Shown here: positions 15,359 through 22,896 of the stretch, in pieces
Layout: each line of letters opens with the position of its first letter
Numbering within the stretch: the stretch's first letter is position 1
Origin: Candidatus Woesearchaeota archaeon
GTDB lineage: Archaea > Nanobdellota > Nanobdellia > Woesearchaeales > SKIA01
Length of the DNA: 29,880 bases
NCBI GenBank assembly: GCA_007117065.1
Contig: SKHI01000026.1
Coordinates: 1-29,880, forward strand
Direction of reading: 5' to 3'
Notes under the pieces: model-generated
Databases searched by the model: none
Told to the model about the DNA's origin: nothing
Seen by the model: only the letters and a program-made list of their open reading frames with translations
Translations under genes and position numbers: made by a program

Positions 15359-16990
15359 ATGCGTAGCGTAATATGGGTTTTGATCTTTGTATGCCTCTCA
15401 CCAATGATACTGGCTTCTACTTCCATTCCTCTTCTTTCTGTTTCTGAAGGAATTGGCAATCGTTCAGGATCTACTGCTGAGGCTAATCTTGAGGTTCGTC
15501 TTGGTTCAGGTTCAGTATATATTGACACTCAACCACTCACACGCATCGATACACAATTAAGTGTTCGTTTTGCGCGCGATTATGCCTGTATGCTTGCAGG
15601 GCTTGATTGTACACGAAGAGATTTCTTCTATCAAATACGCGCGCCCACAATACTTATTGGAGGCCCGTCCGCTGGCGCTGCTTTTACCGTTCTCACATAT
15701 GCAGAGCTTACAAACACGCGCATTGATCCTTCTGTTGCAGTTACAGGCACCATTAATAGCGGAGGAATGATCGGCCCTGTCGGAGGCATTTCTGAAAAAG
15801 TGATTGCTGCGCGGCTTAATGGGTTCACTCGCGTTCTTGTTCCTGCTTTGGAATTTTCTTCTAGCTCAGTTATATCAGGTATTGAAGTTATTCCTGTTTG
15901 GGATATTGAAGAAGTTATTTTTTATATGACAGGAAAAGATGTTCGCATGCCTCAACAAGAAATCATTATTCCGCTTGAATACCATGCACAGATGGCAATC
16001 GTGGCTTCTGATTTATGTTCTCGAGCAAATACGTTACGTGAACGCACACAGTCAAATAGTAGTGATGCGCTTATTGAGAGAGGAGCTATTGCAGCCGATG
16101 AACAATTATTTTATTCTTCGGCAAGTTTTTGTTTTGGTGCTAATTTACGTTTACAGGAAGAATTTCTTTCTTCTCGTTCACAAAGCGCGTTACGGGGCAT
16201 TGTGTTTCAATTACAAGAAGATATTATCGAATTTGACGCATCACTTCCTACGACATTTTCCACAATTACTGATCTTGAAGTCTTCATGGGCGTTCGAGAA
16301 CGCCTTCTTGAGTCTCAAAGTCAACTTGAAAGCATTACCTTAGATAATATTTCGCCCTCTACTCTTGCAGTAGCCGTGGAGCGTCTCAGTAGCGCTCGGT
16401 CGTGGAGTTCTTTTTTTGGCGTCATACCATCGCCCGAAATAACTATCTCTGAGCGTGCGTTAATGCAAGGTTGCTCATTAAAAATTTCTGAGGCGCAAGA
16501 GCGAGTAAATTATGTACAATTCCTTCTTGACATTCCTCTTGATTCCATCCGTGAGGATGTAGGGCGATCGTTACAGTATCAGTCTGGAGGAGAGTTTGCC
16601 TTATGTATTTTTTCTGCCGCTAAAGCAAAGGCATCTGCGAACAGCATTATAGGAGCAGTCATGAGTGGCGAGAGCATTAATAAGACTGTTGAGTATAAAC
16701 GAAACAAGGCTGCTACCCTTATTGGTTCACGCACCCAACAAGAAATATTTCCCATCCTTAGCTATGCATACTATGAGTACAGTGGCCAGGTTGATGATAT
16801 ATTTAGTGCGCACTTATATGCAGAATTCGCTCTTGAGTTTTCCATGTTAGATATTTATTTTCCACGCTCAAGTTCAGAGTTTCTCATTGATACCCGCATG
16901 GTTTTTGCTCTTGGATCTGGTTTTCTTATCGGTCTTATGATTGGCGTTCTTGTACTTGAACTAGTGTATGCACGTAGACGAAAGAAATAA
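15359..16990 (+). CDS. exported Lon-type (S16) serine protease domain protein with a C-terminal TM anchor
   Basis: Signal-like N-terminus MRSVIWVLIFVCLSPMILAS. Lon_C signature LIGGPSAGAAFTVL (Ser104 codon at 15668-15670) and GPVGGISEKVIAA (Lys147 codon at 15797-15799). No AAA module. About 330 aa of uncharacterised, apparently helical sequence follow, then the TM LGSGFLIGLMIGVLVLELV and RRRKK. Confidence 0.75.
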   Translation: MRSVIWVLIFVCLSPMILASTSIPLLSVSEGIGNRSGSTAEANLEVRLGSGSVYIDTQPLTRIDTQLSVRFARDYACMLAGLDCTRRDFFYQIRAPTILIGGPSAGAAFTVLTYAELTNTRIDPSVAVTGTINSGGMIGPVGGISEKVIAARLNGFTRVLVPALEFSSSSVISGIEVIPVWDIEEVIFYMTGKDVRMPQQEIIIPLEYHAQMAIVASDLCSRANTLRERTQSNSSDALIERGAIAADEQLFYSSASFCFGANLRLQEEFLSSRSQSALRGIVFQLQEDIIEFDASLPTTFSTITDLEVFMGVRERLLESQSQLESITLDNISPSTLAVAVERLSSARSWSSFFGVIPSPEITISERALMQGCSLKISEAQERVNYVQFLLDIPLDSIREDVGRSLQYQSGGEFALCIFSAAKAKASANSIIGAVMSGESINKTVEYKRNKAATLIGSRTQQEIFPILSYAYYEYSGQVDDIFSAHLYAEFALEFSMLDIYFPRSSSEFLIDTRMVFALGSGFLIGLMIGVLVLELVYARRRKK

Positions 16991-17000
16991 TGAAGATTCC

Positions 17001-17036
17001 TGTGGCAGACCGGGGTTTCCCCACGGTGCCGCCTCA
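17001..17036 (+). other. GC-rich imperfect hairpin in an otherwise A/T-rich spacer (possible terminator, sRNA or processing signal)
   Basis: Core ACCGGGG-TTTC-CCC(A)CGGT, extended by GGC/GCC outer pairs. About 60% GC locally. Starts 11 nt after the protease stop, with a TTTT run about 20 nt downstream. Confidence 0.35.
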
Positions 17037-17093
17037 GGAAAAGAGGTGAGTACCATTTTGGAGTAGTTTCATACTTATAAAGATTTCTATTTT

Positions 17094-17115
17094 GTAACTA
17101 TTTTTAAATAGTTAC
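17094..17115. promoter_or_regulatory. 22-nt palindrome with perfect 10-nt arms and an A/T centre, upstream of the ATG at 17150
   Basis: GTAACTATTT-TT-AAATAGTTAC. The centre is about 45 nt upstream of the ATG. It looks like an operator-type dyad overlapping an A/T-rich promoter-like tract. Confidence 0.35.
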
Positions 17116-17149
17116 GCATACTTTTATTCATGGAAACCTCTATGCACAT

Positions 17150-17548
17150 ATGGATGCCTCAATACGAAAACGGTTTCGCAAAGAAGTTCAGGAAACGCCC
17201 TATTTAAGGGATGCTGAAACAGTGTTCATACAAAACATCCCTCAGAGAAACAATAATACGCGTGTTGCACAACTATTATTTAACACAATATATCCGCAGA
17301 AAGAGATTATTCTTGGTGAAAAAGGCATTATTTGTGGTTCTCGAGAAGAGGCAGCATTACATCGTTTGTACGCGTACACACGCAATCAAGAAAATGACTC
17401 CGACATATTCTTATCAAGCATTACTCGAGAAGAACTAGCAAGACTTGGCAAGTGTAGCGAAGAGGAAATCTATTTTCCAGCCACTCCTGAGGCAGAGTTT
17501 TTCACTGTTCTAGCACATGAATTTCCAGATGTGAGGTATGGGTTATGA
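17150..17548 (+). CDS. hypothetical cytoplasmic protein
   Basis: 132-aa ORF with an ATG start. ATGA overlap with the next gene. No TM and no recognised motif. Confidence 0.5.
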   Translation: MDASIRKRFRKEVQETPYLRDAETVFIQNIPQRNNNTRVAQLLFNTIYPQKEIILGEKGIICGSREEAALHRLYAYTRNQENDSDIFLSSITREELARLGKCSEEEIYFPATPEAEFFTVLAHEFPDVRYGL

Positions 17549-17979
17549 ATGAAAAAATTCTTGTTGGATTCGTGCTCTTTGTCAGTGCGTTAGCACTCAC
17601 AGCCCTATATTTAGTAAGCGAGTCAACCATCCCGATAACGCATTCAAGCACACAAACACAAGAGCTGGATATCGAACGCCGAGTATTTGGCGTTCTAGAA
17701 CCAAGTTATCTCGACACACAGTGCACTGAAGACGCTGTAGACGCATATATATCAATCCTATTGCAACATCCTGTCGCCCCTCGAATGTGCAGCGTCGAGG
17801 TGAATGCCGAAATGATTCGTGTCGAGCGCGATCTTATTCCAAGTTGTCGCGGACATTGTCCAGCAATGGAGTTTACAAAAACAGTGCATCTTGGAGCAAT
17901 AGATCCGGGAAAAGACCACGTAATACGTATTTGTTGCGATGGAGTCTGTTCTGAAAAAAAGTTAGCGCGCGCATGTTAA
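17545..17979 (+). CDS. hypothetical membrane-anchored Cys-rich protein
   Basis: 144 aa. N-terminal TM ILVGFVLFVSALALTALYLV. The ectodomain has 8 Cys, including the CCDGVC cluster. Confidence 0.5.
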   Translation: MNEKILVGFVLFVSALALTALYLVSESTIPITHSSTQTQELDIERRVFGVLEPSYLDTQCTEDAVDAYISILLQHPVAPRMCSVEVNAEMIRVERDLIPSCRGHCPAMEFTKTVHLGAIDPGKDHVIRICCDGVCSEKKLARAC

Positions 17980-18051
17980 TTCCGAGCCAAGCAATCAAAT
18001 CCGAATAAACAGGAAGAGAAGATTAAGAAGAGAACGCACGCATAACACTCC

Positions 18052-18903
18052 ATGAATGCGCAAATACTGTTGTGTACACTGCTCCTCTGCTCTTGTGCCA
18101 CAATAACGCCTGAATATGGCGATGTGGAGGTAATCCTCTGTCCAGAGTGCCCTGATGCGTACGCAGGATTTACACAATGCGCATTTTATTCTGTCGATAC
18201 CCCAACTGAGCACACATTAATTGACAAAGATAACTATCAGGGCAAAGGAATACCAATATGGGTTCCAGGGTATATGCATCACAAATTTTGTTTTAACGAG
18301 ACGCATGTTGTTACCGGCAGCGCGAACCCTACAGAAAACGGATTGTTCTATAACGATAATATCGTTGTCCGCATAGAGTCTCCAATTCTTGCTAACGCAT
18401 TCTATTCAGAATATATGCATCTTCAGGGGATACGCAGACCATCGGTGTCGCAAGAGACAGTACTTAATGGCGCGTTTTGGCAAGTCCTTTTTTGTCCTCG
18501 AGATAACTGTGAGGAACAAATCATTCAACAATTATCAACTGCAAAGAAATCAATACATTTTCTTACCTTTTCATTTACTAGTATACCTATTGGCGACGTG
18601 CTTCTTTTCAAACACGAACAAGAGTTGTGTATACGAGGAGTTGTGGAGTCGCTAGGGCATCGACAAGGAAGGTATACAGTCTTTGTTGAAGCAGGAATTC
18701 CCGTTCATGTGCGTACAGGAAGAGGGGTGATGCACCATAAGGCCTTTGTTATTGACAAAGAAAGAGTCATTTTTGGCTCATACAACCCTTCTGCAAATGC
18801 GAATACACGAAATAGTGAAACTGTTCTCTTCACAAATGATTCTCAAGTCGTAAGTGCGCTGTTAGCTGAATACCTTCGCATAACACAAGATACTCTCTGT
18901 TAA
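18052..18903 (+). CDS. phospholipase D / Nuc-like endonuclease superfamily lipoprotein with tandem HKD domains
   Basis: Lipobox-like LLLCSC. Second domain has the canonical MHHKAFVIDKERVIFGSYNPS (HxKxxxxD...GS.N). First domain has MHHKFCFNETHVVTGSANPT, with Glu at the Asp position. Confidence 0.8.
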   Translation: MNAQILLCTLLLCSCATITPEYGDVEVILCPECPDAYAGFTQCAFYSVDTPTEHTLIDKDNYQGKGIPIWVPGYMHHKFCFNETHVVTGSANPTENGLFYNDNIVVRIESPILANAFYSEYMHLQGIRRPSVSQETVLNGAFWQVLFCPRDNCEEQIIQQLSTAKKSIHFLTFSFTSIPIGDVLLFKHEQELCIRGVVESLGHRQGRYTVFVEAGIPVHVRTGRGVMHHKAFVIDKERVIFGSYNPSANANTRNSETVLFTNDSQVVSALLAEYLRITQDTLC

Positions 18904-18941
18904 CCCAAATGTTTTAAAACAAGAAGATCTTTCCCAGTAGC

Positions 18942-19388
18942 ATGACAGTCATAGGATTCAACTTTACGAAGATACATGCGCAAAAACACAACGCTCTCAA
19001 AGGACAAATAACCATCAATAGAACTTGTAAACCTACTTCTGTTGAGGAAATAGACATCAGTGCAGGACAAAAAGGTCTCCGATACGAATTCATCTTCGGT
19101 GTGGAATATGAACCTAAAATTGCTGAATTACAACTTGAAGGAAGTATTATTGAATTAGTTTCTGATGAAGAACGCACTACTGTGATGAGTGCATGGACTG
19201 AAAAAAAACAGATTCCTGCTAAAAGTATCGAGCGCGTATTAAACAACATTCTTGATAGATGCCACGTTGAAGCGATAATTATTTCTAAAGAACTAAATAT
19301 CCCCCCACCAATTAAATTACCAAGCGTAACTGTAAAGGAAGGATCTCAAAATCAAGAACAAAACATGTCTGATACAGAAGAGAACTAA
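18942..19388 (+). CDS. hypothetical protein with an acidic/polar C-terminal tail, immediately upstream of cdc48
   Basis: 148-aa ORF with an ATG start, ending 19 nt before cdc48. No family recognised with confidence. Confidence 0.5.
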   Translation: MTVIGFNFTKIHAQKHNALKGQITINRTCKPTSVEEIDISAGQKGLRYEFIFGVEYEPKIAELQLEGSIIELVSDEERTTVMSAWTEKKQIPAKSIERVLNNILDRCHVEAIIISKELNIPPPIKLPSVTVKEGSQNQEQNMSDTEEN

Positions 19389-19397
19389 TTCGGCTTA

Positions 19398-19403
19398 CAG
19401 GTG
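19398..19403 (+). promoter_or_regulatory. Shine-Dalgarno-like AGGTGA upstream of cdc48
   Basis: Ends 4 nt before the ATG at 19408. Consistent with internal-operon initiation. Confidence 0.35.
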
Positions 19404-19407
19404 ACCT

Positions 19408-22008
19408 ATGACTGAAAAAGAAATTAATCTTCGTGTAGCAGAAGCCGTTCAAGATGATGTAAACAAGGGTATTGTCCGTATTGACAGTAGTTTCATGCAT
19501 AAAATAAACGTCCGTCCAGGCGACATTGTAGAGATTACTGGCGAACGTCGAACAGTTGGTATTGTGGACAGAGCGTATCCAGGAGATATTGGTCTAAATA
19601 TCATTCGTCTTGATGGGTTATTACGCAGAAATGCTCGAACATCTATTGGCGAAAGTGTTATTGTCAAGCGTGCTGAGGTAAAAGAAGCAAAAAAAGTAAC
19701 AATAGCACCTGCTCGTAAAGGAGTAATGATTCGAGCAAACCCCCTTATTTTTAAACAAGGATTATTAGGCAGAGCAGTAGTTAAAGGTGATGTCGTAAGC
19801 CTAGGGGGCACGAGGCGACGCAGAAATACTATGAGTAGTAGTCCGTTCTTTGATGAAGTATTTAACATGCTTGATGAAAACGCTATAGGATTTGGTCTGG
19901 GAGAACTTCGTTTTATAGTCAGTAAAGCGGATCCTGATGAAGCAATTATTATCACTGAGAATACTGACGTACAATTTAATCCTGAACCACAGGAGATTCA
20001 AGAGCAAAGCGCTCTTCCCGAGGTAACATATGAAGACATCGGCGGCCTTGAAGACGAGGTTAAGAAAGTTCGTGAAATGGTTGAACTTCCCCTGAAATAT
20101 CCTGAGATTTTTGAACGCTTAGGAATAGAACCTCCTAAAGGAGTGTTGCTTCATGGCCCTCCGGGTACGGGAAAAACGTTGCTTGCTAAGGCAGTTGCGG
20201 GTGAGACCAACAGTAATTTTTACGTAATAAACGGTCCTGAGATCATGTCCAAGTATTATGGACAGTCTGAAGAGAATTTGCGTAAAAAATTCGAAGAAGC
20301 CGAACAAAATGCTCCAAGCATTATTTTTATTGACGAAATTGATGCTATCGCAACAAAACGTGAAGAAAGCAAAGGAGAAGTTGAGCGCCGAGTAGTAGCA
20401 CAATTGTTAGCTATCATGGATGGGTTAAAATCTCGTGGAAAAGTGGTTGTTATTGCAGCAACTAACATTCCAAATCAAATCGATCCTGCGCTTCGACGAC
20501 CAGGTAGATTTGATAGAGAAATTGAGATTGGTGTTCCAGGACTCCCCGGAAGACTCAATATTCTTAAGATTCATTCTCGAAATATGCCCCTTATCGCATA
20601 TGATGTAGACATTCTTGTTGAGACCATACAAAGTCATGTTCAAGAAAGATTACAACAAACCCTTAAACACGGAGATGCACCTCAAGAAATCCCGCACCTC
20701 AAGAAAGCAGAAGAGATATTCTCACAGAAAAATTCTGTAGAACAACTCAAAGAAATTCTCTTTTCTTATCGAGAGAACATTTCTGATACCAAAAAACGCG
20801 GTGCTGTTGACAGAATTCGTGAAGCAGTGAGTAAAAACGAAATCTTTGCTGAATTATTCTCTTCATTACATGAAGACGTTCTGCTCTCTGCTGATGAGAA
20901 AGCTCGTGAGAAAAGTAAAGCCAGAATGCTTCAAGACATAGCTGAGATAACACATGGTTTTGTTGGTGCCGATTTAGCGGCATTAATGCGAGAGTCAGCC
21001 ATGATTGTTTTACGTAAAGTACTTCCTGATATTAATCTCAAAGATGATGAGCCTATCCCTCCTGAGATTCTTGAGCGTTTAAAAATTGGCAAAGAAGACT
21101 TGTTAGAAGCATTGAAAACTGTTCGTCCTTCCGCAATGAGAGAAGTTCTCATTGAAGTTCCTAAAGTCAAATGGAGCGATGTAGGTGGATTAGATCACGT
21201 ACAACAAGAACTCGTAGAAGCGGTTGAATGGCCTCTAAAGCGGCGAGAGACCTTTTTGCGAATGGGAATAAAACCTCCTAAGGGCGTATTGTTGTACGGC
21301 CCTCCAGGTACAGGAAAAACACTTCTCGCTAAGGCCGTTGCGAATCAGACAGAAGCTAACTTTATTCTCGTAAAGGGTCCTGAATTACTCAGTAAATGGG
21401 TTGGAGAATCAGAAAAAGCTGTACGACAAATATTCCAGAAAGCAAGACAGGCCTCTCCTACAATTATTTTCTTTGATGAGATAGATAGTCTTGCTCCTCG
21501 AAGAGGAAGTGGCGGAGATAATAATGTTTCTGAACGCGTAGTCAACCAGTTACTTACTGAAATCGATGGTCTTCAAGAACTCACAGATATAGTAATCATT
21601 GGTGCTACAAATAGACCTGATATTCTTGATCCGGCCTTAATGCGACCTGGTCGCTTTGACAGAATTGTACATGTCTCCAGTCCCAATAAGCTTGGCAGAG
21701 AAAAGATTTTCTCGATACATCTTCGAGGAGTCACTGTAGCATCAGATGTATCAATAGCGCATCTTGTTGATAGTACAGAAGGGTACGTTGGTGCAGATAT
21801 TGAAGCTCTTGTTCGTGAAGCAGCCATTCTTGCCATTAGAGATAATCCTGACACGAAAGAGATTGGTAAGAAATACTTCGAGGCTGCTCTTGATAAAGTT
21901 CGCCCTTCAGTAACAAAAGATATTGAAGATGCGTATGCAGATATGGAGAAAAATTTCCGTAAAGCTCGTGCTGAGGAATTAAAGGCTAAACCTACGTATT
22001 ATGGGTAG
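19408..22008 (+). CDS. cdc48: Cdc48/VCP/VAT-type double AAA+ ATPase
   Basis: Cdc48 N-domain (LRVAEA...GIVRID...[10 protein letters not shown]). Two [15 protein letters not shown] Walker A boxes, two DEID/DEIDS Walker B boxes, and second-region-of-homology motifs. C-terminal ...PTYYG is HbYX-like. Confidence 0.95.
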   Translation: MTEKEINLRVAEAVQDDVNKGIVRIDSSFMHKINVRPGDIVEITGERRTVGIVDRAYPGDIGLNIIRLDGLLRRNARTSIGESVIVKRAEVKEAKKVTIAPARKGVMIRANPLIFKQGLLGRAVVKGDVVSLGGTRRRRNTMSSSPFFDEVFNMLDENAIGFGLGELRFIVSKADPDEAIIITENTDVQFNPEPQEIQEQSALPEVTYEDIGGLEDEVKKVREMVELPLKYPEIFERLGIEPPKGVLLHGPPGTGKTLLAKAVAGETNSNFYVINGPEIMSKYYGQSEENLRKKFEEAEQNAPSIIFIDEIDAIATKREESKGEVERRVVAQLLAIMDGLKSRGKVVVIAATNIPNQIDPALRRPGRFDREIEIGVPGLPGRLNILKIHSRNMPLIAYDVDILVETIQSHVQERLQQTLKHGDAPQEIPHLKKAEEIFSQKNSVEQLKEILFSYRENISDTKKRGAVDRIREAVSKNEIFAELFSSLHEDVLLSADEKAREKSKARMLQDIAEITHGFVGADLAALMRESAMIVLRKVLPDINLKDDEPIPPEILERLKIGKEDLLEALKTVRPSAMREVLIEVPKVKWSDVGGLDHVQQELVEAVEWPLKRRETFLRMGIKPPKGVLLYGPPGTGKTLLAKAVANQTEANFILVKGPELLSKWVGESEKAVRQIFQKARQASPTIIFFDEIDSLAPRRGSGGDNNVSERVVNQLLTEIDGLQELTDIVIIGATNRPDILDPALMRPGRFDRIVHVSSPNKLGREKIFSIHLRGVTVASDVSIAHLVDSTEGYVGADIEALVREAAILAIRDNPDTKEIGKKYFEAALDKVRPSVTKDIEDAYADMEKNFRKARAEELKAKPTYYG

Positions 22009-22044
22009 AATTTATAAATAGATATACCCGAATAGGTAGTATTC

Positions 22045-22051
22045 GGAGGTG
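22045..22051 (+). promoter_or_regulatory. Shine-Dalgarno GGAGGTG
   Basis: 8-nt spacing to the ATG at 22060. Confidence 0.45.
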
Positions 22052-22059
22052 TTCTTATA

Positions 22060-22851
22060 ATGAAAGAATCTACTAAGAAAAAAATTAAGATAGGCGCAGC
22101 AATAGCTGGAGCAGCCGCTGCTGTAGCAGGAGCGCTTTATCTAAAGAAAAAAGAAAATAGAGATAAAGTTAAAGAAAAAATTTCAAATGTGAAAAAAAAG
22201 ACTGTGAGTGTTGTCAAGAGTACAGCAAAAAAAGCAAGTTCTGCGGTTGACAAAACAGGAAAAGCAGTAAATACTGCTGCTAACAAAACCAAAAAAACAG
22301 CCACTAAAGCCGCAAAAACAGTAACTAAAGCTGCTAACCAAACAAAAAAAGCTGTAAAGAAAACCGCTGATCAAACAACAAAAACAGTAAAGAAAACTGT
22401 TGGTACAACAAAGAAAGCGGTACAAAAAGCTGCTGACAAAACAAAAAAGGCTGTAAAAAATGCATCTGATCAAACAGCAAAAACCGTAAAGAAAACTGCT
22501 AAAACAGTAAGTAAAGCTGCAAATAATGCAACAAAATCGGTAAAGAAAACTGCCAATAAAGCAAAAGCATCTGTAACAAAAGCAGCAGCCCAAACAAAAA
22601 AAAACGTAAAGAAAACAACTGATCAAACAACAAAAACAGTGAAGAAAGCGGGAAAAAAAGCTCAAGCAGCGGTAAGTAAGACAAAAGCAACAGTAAAAAG
22701 TGCTGCAGAAAAAACCAAGACAGCAGCAAAAAAAGTTCTTCCAAAAACAAAAGATAATAAGACGTCTTCTGTTAAAGTAAATGCTACTGTTACCTCAGTT
22801 AAAAGCCCTGCAAAAAAGAAGACGGTGAAAAAGGCAGCTTCTAAAAGATAA
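22060..22851 (+). CDS. polycationic K/A/T-rich hendecad-repeat protein with an N-terminal Gly/Ala-rich hydrophobic (YtxH-like) segment
   Basis: 263 aa. N-terminus KIKIGAAIAGAAAAVAGALYLKKKE. The rest is Lys/Thr/Ala/Val with only about 11 acidic residues. Val recurs every 11 residues. Strong SD upstream. Confidence 0.7.
   Translation: MKESTKKKIKIGAAIAGAAAAVAGALYLKKKENRDKVKEKISNVKKKTVSVVKSTAKKASSAVDKTGKAVNTAANKTKKTATKAAKTVTKAANQTKKAVKKTADQTTKTVKKTVGTTKKAVQKAADKTKKAVKNASDQTAKTVKKTAKTVSKAANNATKSVKKTANKAKASVTKAAAQTKKNVKKTTDQTTKTVKKAGKKAQAAVSKTKATVKSAAEKTKTAAKKVLPKTKDNKTSSVKVNATVTSVKSPAKKKTVKKAASKR
22213..22695 (+). repeat. in-frame degenerate 33-nt (11-codon) tandem periodicity
   Basis: Near-identical units GATCAAACA(A/G)CAAAAAC(A/C)GT(A/G)AAGAAA at 22369, 22468 and 22621, offset by 99 nt (3x33) and 153 nt (4x33+21). 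The antisense ORFs 22183-22665 and 22499-22750 are low-complexity shadows. Confidence 0.6.
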
Positions 22852-22896
22852 ATATTTTTCTTAACTTTAATATACTGCTTCTACTTTCTTATTGAT

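Noticed and set aside
16991-17149. tRNA, split-tRNA half or integration att remnant in the GC-rich spacer element
   Set aside because: I could not build a cloverleaf. There is no T-loop GTTCRANNC and no anticodon arm. I saw no second copy in the window to serve as a direct repeat. It is kept only as an unclassified hairpin.
20611-20937. Cdc48 insertion as an intein
   Set aside because: There is no Cys/Ser/Thr at the insertion start, no terminal His-Asn, no +1 nucleophile pattern and no endonuclease motifs. The sequence is a charged helical insert.
19449-21854. Multiple 60-170 aa antisense or off-frame ORFs inside cdc48, with similar cases inside gatE (24230-25938), DUF368 (7139-7510) and the antiporter
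   Set aside because: Each lies entirely within a strongly homology-supported gene on the other strand or frame. The products are low-complexity with no motifs.
22183-22750. Long antisense ORFs (160 aa and 83 aa, Cys/Phe/Leu-rich) opposite the K-rich gene
   Set aside because: They are mirror images of an AAA/AAG/ACA-rich coding repeat. The sense strand has an SD, an ATG and a coherent repeat architecture.
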